Of a DNA stretch of 39,447 nucleotides, positions 23,331 through 30,431 are shown in pieces. Location of the stretch: IMG/VR virus record IMGVR_UViG_3300025312_000144; one strand, given 5' to 3'. The notes beneath the pieces were generated by a model. That model made no database searches and was not told the DNA's origin. It saw only the letters and a list, made by a program, of their open reading frames with translations. Positions within the stretch are counted from its first letter, which is position 1; the number at the start of each line of letters is the position of its first letter. This DNA comes from a virus. Made by a program: the position numbers and the translations under genes.

Positions 23331-24987
23331 ATTGTACCTTTCCGCTTATAGAGTAAGGTTCGATAGTTATTATTCTATCAGAACCTAATTTACCTTGTAT
23401 ATAACTTACTTTAATTTCGGCCTCTATACCGCTTGCCTTAATCGCCAAATTGTAATTCTTTTCTAGGACAAACTTAGGATACCTAATCTTCTCGGATAGT
23501 AAGAAATACCTTAACGACTTAGTAATTTTAACTTCCCTAAATATCGAGTATTTAAGGGACTTAGTTATGGCGTTTTCTTTGAAGATATAATAGGTTAGCG
23601 ATTTAGTTATCGCTTGGTCGGTTAAGACTTCGTAAGTAAGACCTTTGGTTATAGATACCGTTCTAAAGATAACGTACCGAAGCGATTTGGTTATAGCGTT
23701 TTCTAAAGCGATGCTATAAGTAAGACTCTTGGTTATCGCTACACCCTCTATAAATATCCGGTAGGTTAGGGATTTAGTAATTGGGTTTTCGGTAATAACT
23801 GTATATTTAAGGTCTTTAGTTACAGATAGACCTTGGCCTTCAATAACGTAAGTTAAGTTTTTAGTAATCGTAACTTCGGCTAGAACTTTATAAACTAGCG
23901 TTTTGGTAATAGCTGTCTCTATAGATATATAGTAGGTTAGGCTCTTAGTAACTGCCGCCGGAGTAGTTATAATCGTGTATTTAAGACTCTTAGTAACCGA
24001 CTGCTCAGATAGAACTACGTATTTAAGAGACTTCGTTATAGAGGTGGGAACGACTACTATATATTCTAGGGATTTAGTTATCGCCGTATCGGTAATAATT
24101 CTGTAAGTTAGCGACTTAGTAAGGGTAGTATCGGTAAGAACCGTGTATTTTAGGCTCTTGGTTATTGCTTGCTCGCTAGTAACTATATAGGTAAGCGATT
24201 TCGTAACTGCAGTATCGGTAACTACCCGATAAGTTAAACTTTTAGTAACGGCATTATCTGTAATAACTTCGTAGGTAAGACTCTTAGTTATAGAGGTATC
24301 GGTAAGAACCGTATACTTTAGGGATTTTGTAATCGCGGTAGTAGTTACCTGCTCGAAACCGAAGTTAATCTGGTCGGTCTTTAGTTGGAACGGGGCTAAG
24401 ACCGCGTAGGTTAAAGACTTAGTAATTGCGTTTTCTTTTAGAACCTCGTAATTTAAGGATTTAGTAACCGATATTTCTTTAATTACTTTATAGGTAAGAG
24501 ATTTCTGAACAATTAAAAGGTAATAAACCTTAACTTGTATATGGTCAATGTTTAAGCGGTTAGTATCTCCTGTACCTAACTGAAGTCCTCTAAGTCTAAA
24601 GTTAGCATCGCTAAACTCGTCTCTTGTCCAGCTTCTACCCCAAGTATCTGCACTCCCACCATAGGTCTTATTATCATCCGGAGTAGCGCTAAAAGCGGTA
24701 GAGTCTTTAGCGGTAGAATATGTAGAGCCACCATCCCAAGAAAGAGCTAATCTTAATCTCCTATCATTGCCAGCCCCGTTTTGGGCGTGTCCCTCAACCG
24801 TAGCTTCAATACCTACGATTATCGCATTTGCAGGTAAAGCGCTGATAATATCAAAGGTAGAGTAAATTTCAAAAGCACCGTTACTAATAGTATCCGCATA
24901 AGCATCATCAGTAGCGTGGGCATTATCCGGAAGTGTCCAATGAGCCGCCGCATTCGCTGTAGGTGACTTAAATCCTGTATCAGCCAT
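23323..24987 (-). CDS. repeat protein B (554 aa): beta-sandwich-like N-domain plus 23 copies of a 14-aa TKSLxY repeat
   Basis: K-x-L motif counted at aa 162, 176, 190, then 221 through 490, mostly at 14-aa spacing. Its start overlaps the stop of the upstream repeat gene (TAATG). Confidence 0.85.
   Translation of the reverse strand: MADTGFKSPTANAAAHWTLPDNAHATDDAYADTISNGAFEIYSTFDIISALPANAIIVGIEATVEGHAQNGAGNDRRLRLALSWDGGSTYSTAKDSTAFSATPDDNKTYGGSADTWGRSWTRDEFSDANFRLRGLQLGTGDTNRLNIDHIQVKVYYLLIVQKSLTYKVIKEISVTKSLNYEVLKENAITKSLTYAVLAPFQLKTDQINFGFEQVTTTAITKSLKYTVLTDTSITKSLTYEVITDNAVTKSLTYRVVTDTAVTKSLTYIVTSEQAITKSLKYTVLTDTTLTKSLTYRIITDTAITKSLEYIVVVPTSITKSLKYVVLSEQSVTKSLKYTIITTPAAVTKSLTYYISIETAITKTLVYKVLAEVTITKNLTYVIEGQGLSVTKDLKYTVITENPITKSLTYRIFIEGVAITKSLTYSIALENAITKSLRYVIFRTVSITKGLTYEVLTDQAITKSLTYYIFKENAITKSLKYSIFREVKITKSLRYFLLSEKIRYPKFVLEKNYNLAIKASGIEAEIKVSYIQGKLGSDRIITIEPYSISGKVQYE
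23494..24516 (-). repeat. in-frame degenerate 42-nt tandem repeat array (23 units, one 19-aa interruption)
   Basis: Corresponds to aa 158..498 of repeat protein B. Boundaries are approximate. Confidence 0.8.
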
Positions 24988-27900
24988 TATGCGCCCTCCT
25001 GATAAACTCTAATCGTAACGTGATTATTAGCATCGTAGTAATCTCCAACGCCAACGGTTATAGAGCCGTCTAAATCGAAGTCGGTATCTGCTCCGGTAGT
25101 ATTATCGCTATCTAAGTTTTCCCAACTCGCTAAGGTATAGTTATAAATCTGTAAGTAAACTGTCGAAGTAGTAGGGGCAAGTTCGGTCTGCCCGTTCCAA
25201 TGTATATTTATATCGTCGGTGTCGTTATCGTGCCTATATCTATAATGGTGTATTGCAAATTCTACCCCTTCACCTTCTATAGCCACTCTTACCGCGTCAT
25301 CGGTCGCAACGTCTAGATAGTCTTGCGAAGAATACTGCGTTGCTAGAGGAGTTTCGTTGGCCGGTAGGCTCGCTTTGGCTTCCCTTGTATAAAAGGTTCT
25401 AGCTATAGCGTAAGTTAAACTCTTAGTAATAGCGGTATCGGTTATAACCTCGTAAGTTAGGTTTTTAGTAACCGCTACTTCTTTCAATACCCGATAAGTC
25501 AGGCTCTTAGTTATCGCAGTCTCTACCACAACGTGATAAGTTAAAGATTTAGTTAAACTATCGGTGGTTAAGACCCTATATTCTAGGGACTTAGTTACTG
25601 CCGACGGGGTAGTAAAGACCGTATATTTTAAGCTCTTAGTTACTGCCTGTTCCGAAACTACTATATAGGTAAGACTTTTGGTTACTGCCGTATCAGTTAC
25701 GACTCGATAAGTCAACGATTTAGTAATCGAGGTAGAAGTTAAGACCTCGTAATTAAGAGATTTAGTTATTACTATATCCGTTAGGATTTCGTAGGTAAGA
25801 GCTTTGGTTATAGCCGAGTCGGTAATAACTGTATATTTAAGAGATTTAGTAAGCGCTTCTGCTTGCTTAACCGTATACTTTAGGGATTTTGTAATCGCCT
25901 GTTCGCTGGTTACTATATAAGTAAGAGACTTCGTAATCGAACTATCTGTTAAGACGGTATATTTTAAGGACTTCTGTATTAGAACCGGCGCGGCGGCCTC
26001 AACCTCGTAGGTAAGAGACTTGGTAATAGAACTATCGGTTAGTACGCAATACTTTAGAGATTTAGTTATCGGCTGTTCTATAAAAACCCGATATTCTAGA
26101 GATTTAGTTACAGAGTCGGAAGTTAATACTGTGTATTTAAGAGATTTAGTAACTGCCGTATCCGTTAGAACCGTATATTTCAAAGACTTAGTAACAGACT
26201 GCTCGGAGGTAACTATATAAGTTAGGCTCTTTGTAACTGCTGTATCGGTTAGAACCCGATAGGTAAGAGATTTCGTAACCGCAGAAGGGGTTGTGATAAT
26301 TGTATATTTAAGAGATTTCGTAATCGCAGCGACTTCGGTAGTAACTGTATATTTAAGACTCTTTGTTACGGCGTTTTCTTTTAATACTCTGTAGGTGAGG
26401 GACTTCTGCACTGCGGTATCTGTTAAGACGGTATATTTTAGGCTTTTGGTAACCGCAATTTCTTTTAGAACGGTATATTTTAGTGATTTTTGGATTGTTT
26501 CTGTAGAAACCGCCGAACCTAAATTGTAAACTGTGAAGTTATCGGTGTCGTTGTCTGCATCCATATCATCGCCGGAATTTACCAATACCGTACCACCACC
26601 CCAAGCTAATCCTGCTTTGCCTGCGGCGGTTATATCGGTGTCTGTGGCAGAAGCTACTTCTACGCCATCTATATAGAATTTGAGAGCCGAGCCGATTATT
26701 TCTAATTTACAAATCGCACCGTTATAAGGTGGGGAAAAAGCAGAACCTAAAGTAGCCCAACCACCTGCCGTAGTTCTTTTATAAAGCTGGCAAGTATTAG
26801 TTCCGCCTTGGTCGTTTATGCGAACTGCGTACATATTATCTGCGTCCTGAACCCTTACCAAAGCGTATTGAGGAGAAGAAGTACCAGCATCCAAAATGCA
26901 CATTTCAAACTCAACTGCGTAATCAGCCGAGGGGTAGGTTGCGTCTGCGGTATAGATAACCCCATCATTCAAATCTCCTGCGGGACTGGCTCTATCTGTA
27001 GCCGCCATAGCGGAAGCCCCTGTACCTGCAGAACTGGCTAATCGTGTCCAGCTTGTTCCTATATCTGGGGTTTTGCTTTCAAGTGCGGTATTTGAGGAAA
27101 CTGCAAACTGGTCTCTAAAGACCATACTGGCGGTCTTTTCCCAATAACCAATGTAAGCCCACATCTGCGAAATCCAAACGTCAGGGGTTGCATCAGGAGC
27201 CGAGGCACCAATTTGTGCTCCGTCCCACATTGGAGGTGTCCAGCTTCCACCACCTTGAGGGTCGGTGTAGGAAACTAATTTGTATATTCTAGTAGCACCG
27301 GCAGTATCGTCGTGGGTATTAAAGCTGGCAGAAGCAATAGCGGTAGTAGTTCCTGTAACTGTAGTACCGCTTGCCTGAGATTTAATTCTAGGTAGCCAAG
27401 AACAGGCTGTTGCAGTTTCACCTCTTACCCTCGCACCAACCGCAACAAATCCAATTAAAGCGTCAGAAGGTAGCCCAATATCAGCACTACTCTGCATATT
27501 GTATTCGGGGGTTTCAGTAGTATCTATCTCAATATAATCGGCATCATCGTTGTCATTTATACTCGTGTAAAGTCCGGCGGTAGCGGCGTTGTCTCCTGCG
27601 GCGTTAGGCAAGGACATTACTAGCTTTATTCTATTAGGCCAGCTTTCAAAATCTGCTCCGTTTGCGTGGGTAACAATTACACAATCGTCAAAGTAAATTG
27701 TGGCTGTCTCTGCTCCCATAATCCCAATTTCGCTGTATCGGTGATTTGCACCGGCAGATATAGTCGCTCCTTCGGCTACCATAACTCCGTTGAGCTTCAA
27801 TTTAGCGTCGTTACCTCCGTGGGTGGTACCAACGTCAAGCTCAATGACATTTTCAAAGCTATCTAGGGTAATTGCAGGTGTATCTGAACCTAGTTGTACC

Positions 27901-28235
27901 GCCCCGCTATCGTCCCAAAGCTCCAAAGTACCATTTGAATTTATCCTTACCGAAGTATGGTCGCCGCCGCCGTCAGAAAGTTGGATTATTTTGGTAAGCC
28001 CAGAAGGTAAACCCCCTGTAGGAACGTAAATAGCGTACTGTCTAACAAAATCATCTGCGGTTTCGTTTGACTCCAGCCTTACCGATATTTCCGAGCCAGT
28101 AGAAGCAAATTTTAGGGAAGCCGCACCACTTCGTTTGATAGAAGTGTCGATTGTAGGTACACCGACTTTAGAATGTAACTCAACTGTGTCGGTTAAATCT
28201 TGTTTTTCAAACCCTGTTATATGAATTACCGACAT
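24987..28235 (-). CDS. repeat protein A (1082 aa): two ConA/LamG-like N-terminal domains, 26 copies of the 14-aa TKSLxY repeat, C-terminal beta-sandwich-like domain
   Basis: K-x-L motif counted at aa 583..938 with spacing 14 (occasionally 15-16). N-terminal segments such as GAASLKFASTGSEISV and YAVRINDQGG...LYKRTTAGGWATLG resemble lectin/glucanase-fold domains. Confidence 0.85.
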   Translation of the reverse strand: MSVIHITGFEKQDLTDTVELHSKVGVPTIDTSIKRSGAASLKFASTGSEISVRLESNETADDFVRQYAIYVPTGGLPSGLTKIIQLSDGGGDHTSVRINSNGTLELWDDSGAVQLGSDTPAITLDSFENVIELDVGTTHGGNDAKLKLNGVMVAEGATISAGANHRYSEIGIMGAETATIYFDDCVIVTHANGADFESWPNRIKLVMSLPNAAGDNAATAGLYTSINDNDDADYIEIDTTETPEYNMQSSADIGLPSDALIGFVAVGARVRGETATACSWLPRIKSQASGTTVTGTTTAIASASFNTHDDTAGATRIYKLVSYTDPQGGGSWTPPMWDGAQIGASAPDATPDVWISQMWAYIGYWEKTASMVFRDQFAVSSNTALESKTPDIGTSWTRLASSAGTGASAMAATDRASPAGDLNDGVIYTADATYPSADYAVEFEMCILDAGTSSPQYALVRVQDADNMYAVRINDQGGTNTCQLYKRTTAGGWATLGSAFSPPYNGAICKLEIIGSALKFYIDGVEVASATDTDITAAGKAGLAWGGGTVLVNSGDDMDADNDTDNFTVYNLGSAVSTETIQKSLKYTVLKEIAVTKSLKYTVLTDTAVQKSLTYRVLKENAVTKSLKYTVTTEVAAITKSLKYTIITTPSAVTKSLTYRVLTDTAVTKSLTYIVTSEQSVTKSLKYTVLTDTAVTKSLKYTVLTSDSVTKSLEYRVFIEQPITKSLKYCVLTDSSITKSLTYEVEAAAPVLIQKSLKYTVLTDSSITKSLTYIVTSEQAITKSLKYTVKQAEALTKSLKYTVITDSAITKALTYEILTDIVITKSLNYEVLTSTSITKSLTYRVVTDTAVTKSLTYIVVSEQAVTKSLKYTVFTTPSAVTKSLEYRVLTTDSLTKSLTYHVVVETAITKSLTYRVLKEVAVTKNLTYEVITDTAITKSLTYAIARTFYTREAKASLPANETPLATQYSSQDYLDVATDDAVRVAIEGEGVEFAIHHYRYRHDNDTDDINIHWNGQTELAPTTSTVYLQIYNYTLASWENLDSDNTTGADTDFDLDGSITVGVGDYYDANNHVTIRVYQEGA
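25398..26501 (-). repeat. in-frame degenerate 42-nt tandem repeat array (26 units)
   Basis: Corresponds to aa 579..946 of repeat protein A. The codon for E579 was checked at 26501. Confidence 0.8.
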
Positions 28236-28664
28236 CTAAATATCTCCAAACTTAGATAATAAAGCTCCGGTTAAATCGGTTTTACTATCAACAACCCAAA
28301 TCTTTGCACAATTATCTTGGTTGGCTAGTTTTGTAAGCCAGATTACAATTTGCTCTTTGGAGTAGTCTTGCCCGCTAAACCAGATAAATCTAGCGTTAGG
28401 AAGGTATAGTTGGCCGGTAGTGGCTTTAATAAGCTCGTCCTTAACGGATTTATCTACCTTATCGCCTATACCTATATAAAATCTAATATAGCGTTCGGTA
28501 GGGGAAGTAGATTTGAGGATATAAGTATCTTCGTTTTTCTCAACCGCCAGTTTATTTAAGTCGGTAAACTTGCTGATTAAAGTAGACAGGTCAATAGAAC
28601 CGACCGAGTTGTCGATTGCTACTAAAATTGCATAAGTTTGAGGTATGTTAAAATTAGCTTCCAA
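28236..28664 (-). CDS. hypothetical protein (142 aa, apparent TTG start)
   Basis: Track ORF with no recognisable motif and no ATG near the 5' end. Confidence 0.55.
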   Translation of the reverse strand: MEANFNIPQTYAILVAIDNSVGSIDLSTLISKFTDLNKLAVEKNEDTYILKSTSPTERYIRFYIGIGDKVDKSVKDELIKATTGQLYLPNARFIWFSGQDYSKEQIVIWLTKLANQDNCAKIWVVDSKTDLTGALLSKFGDI

Positions 28665-28677
28665 TTATTACGATACA

Positions 28678-29094
28678 TTACTGTCCTTCTATTTTAATTC
28701 TGTTTGTATCCTCCGTCACTACAACATTATCGTTCGGCATTATTACTAATATCACTTTATGCGAAGCACCTTGAAAGTGGGTTTCGTAGCCGAAAGTATA
28801 GAGCGTATAAAGAAGCTCGTTAGTATTTAAGTTCCTCGTTCTTTTGTATTTGTGAATTAGTTTCCTAGAGGGGTGCCAGTCTATATCGAAGAACTTACCG
28901 GTTTCGTGATTTACCATACGAAACACTCTCATCTGAGGTTGATTTATTTCTCTAAGTTGGTGGAAATTACCGTCGTCGTCGAATTGTTTGAGGACTGTAC
29001 CGTCTAGATAATTGACTTCCCAACACCATTTCTCTATAGGTACTTTTTCATCTTCGCCCGTTTCGGGTCGATGATAAGTGTAGATTTCTTGCAT
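28678..29094 (-). CDS. hypothetical protein (138 aa)
   Basis: AAGGAG lies 8 nt upstream of the ATG. No recognisable motif. Confidence 0.65.
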   Translation of the reverse strand: MQEIYTYHRPETGEDEKVPIEKWCWEVNYLDGTVLKQFDDDGNFHQLREINQPQMRVFRMVNHETGKFFDIDWHPSRKLIHKYKRTRNLNTNELLYTLYTFGYETHFQGASHKVILVIMPNDNVVVTEDTNRIKIEGQ

Positions 29095-29141
29095 TGTATT
29101 GCTCCTTTCGCATTGTATTGCTCGGTTTGAATTGTAAAGGT

Positions 29142-29315
29142 TTACTTTTCTGCTTTTCTTGCTTCGCCTCGTTTTAAGGCGTTCTCGCTTACTCTCTTAA
29201 ATCTTTCGCCTAAGTGGTCTTGGTCGGTAGGTGTAAAACCAGTCGTTTTACAAATATGACTTAAATAAATTTCTTCACTTTCGAATTTTATAGAACATTG
29301 TCCGCAGGTAGCCAT
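29142..29315 (-). CDS. small zinc-finger-like protein (57 aa)
   Basis: Hand-translated MATCGQCSIKFESEEIYLSHICKTTGF...ARKAEK, with a C-x2-C...H-x-C pattern. Confidence 0.5.
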   Translation of the reverse strand: MATCGQCSIKFESEEIYLSHICKTTGFTPTDQDHLGERFKRVSENALKRGEARKAEK

Positions 29316-29317
29316 AG

Positions 29318-30022
29318 TTAAGCTGTTTCGTCGTACTGGTAGTTCATCGTAGAAGTAGAACCAGCGACATCAGCGACGTTAGTTTGTATTTGGTGTACTA
29401 AGAAGTCAGAGTATCCGGCCGCGCTTCTAGAACCTGCTAAAGAACCATCTATACCAAGGTTGGCACCAGAAGGCTCGGAAGTAGGCATTGTTTGAGTTGC
29501 TACGGTAGAGTCAGAAGCGGTCGGTGCGACGTATTCTTTTCTATCGTAAGAAGTTTCTCTAGCGTTGGTAACGTGGACTGCCGCACCACCTAAAGCCGAC
29601 GTTCTCCAAACTTTAAGATTATCAATAAGAGAAGAACCACCCATAGCGGTAATATGTACCTTTTGGTATTTTTCGAAAGTGTTTGCGTCTGGAACAACGG
29701 GGTTGGCTACAGGGTCTAAGTTTGGGTCGTCAACCGAACCCATATCGGTATCAGATATATTGTGTGTAAATTCACCCTGAATTATATAAGACTCGGTAGA
29801 GTTAAATATATCTGCTGATAAGGAAAGGACGGTAGCGCTATCAACGGCGGTTACAAAAGCGAAAAGGTTATCGGTAGAGTTCCAAACTTCATCACCTACG
29901 TCAACGCCCTCGGCAGTAAAGTTTGCGGCACTATCCGTCAGCTTATTGGCTGTAACGGTAGTGTTTGTACCTGTCGACTTTTGAGCATCATTTGCTTCAT
30001 CAATCTCAACTGTAGCGGCCAT
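29318..30022 (-). CDS. hypothetical Thr/Ser/Asn-rich protein (234 aa), possibly virion-associated
   Basis: Has its own promoter-like element and no SD. Five N-x-S/T triplets fall within the first 95 aa. Confidence 0.65.
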   Translation of the reverse strand: MAATVEIDEANDAQKSTGTNTTVTANKLTDSAANFTAEGVDVGDEVWNSTDNLFAFVTAVDSATVLSLSADIFNSTESYIIQGEFTHNISDTDMGSVDDPNLDPVANPVVPDANTFEKYQKVHITAMGGSSLIDNLKVWRTSALGGAAVHVTNARETSYDRKEYVAPTASDSTVATQTMPTSEPSGANLGIDGSLAGSRSAAGYSDFLVHQIQTNVADVAGSTSTMNYQYDETA

Positions 30023-30031
30023 ATTAGTTAT

Positions 30032-30061
30032 ACTATAAAGTTAGTACCCTCCGTTTGTCAA
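30032..30061 (-). promoter_or_regulatory. sigma-70-type promoter giving a near-leaderless transcript
   Basis: Minus strand TTGACA (30061..30056), 18 nt, TATAGT (30037..30032). The ATG at 30022 is only 9 nt after the -10. The decamer TTGACAAACG is shared with the 6975 promoter. Confidence 0.45.
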
Positions 30062-30072
30062 TAGATATAATT

Positions 30073-30429
30073 TTAAGTAGTTCTCCTAGTAATATCTTCG
30101 ATAACTTTTAATTGTCGCGCCGGAAGCGAAAATATATTATTAGCCGTATCTTTAACTTGAACGTCGTAATAATAAATTCCCGCCGCTATATCTGTATCGC
30201 TAGAGTCTAGAGGTATTACCGTTTCGCCGTTAGTCGGGTCGGTATGCGAAGTAACTTCTACCGCTATTAAAGCGTCGGCGTCGGTAGCGTCGGCGTCGGG
30301 AACTGGTTTAACCGTAAAGAATACCGTAGAGCCAGTTAAATCTATAGCTATCCCGTCTTGGTCGGTTAAAGTTAAAGTTATATTAGTTGTATCGCCTCTA
30401 ATTATTACTAAGTTTATTGATATAGGCAT
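30073..30429 (-). CDS. Ig-like / BppU-N-like small structural domain protein
   Basis: The ATG at 30429 follows GGTGGAG and sits after the portal stop. IRGDTTNITLTLTDQDGIAIDLTGSTVFFTVKP is typical of phage Ig-like beta-sandwich domains. Confidence 0.55.
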   Translation of the reverse strand: MPISINLVIIRGDTTNITLTLTDQDGIAIDLTGSTVFFTVKPVPDADATDADALIAVEVTSHTDPTNGETVIPLDSSDTDIAAGIYYYDVQVKDTANNIFSLPARQLKVIEDITRRTT

Positions 30430-30431
30430 AT

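Noticed and set aside
23494-26501. The regular 42-nt periodicity might suggest a CRISPR array or satellite repeat
   Set aside because: The units are contiguous with no spacers, strongly degenerate at the DNA level, and in frame within two long ORFs. They are protein-coding tandem repeats.
23323-28235. A diversity-generating retroelement (template/variable repeat) as an explanation for the repeat genes
   Set aside because: There is no reverse transcriptase anywhere in the genome. There is also no pair of near-identical DNA repeats differing at adenines, and the differences are mainly synonymous.
29092-29123. 13-nt direct repeat CATTGTATTGCTC (29092..29104 and 29111..29123) duplicating the start codon region of the 138-aa gene
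   Set aside because: It is a real repeat, but the upstream ATG is out of frame and opens only a 21-codon ORF. It is most simply a small local duplication of the RBS/start region without clear function.
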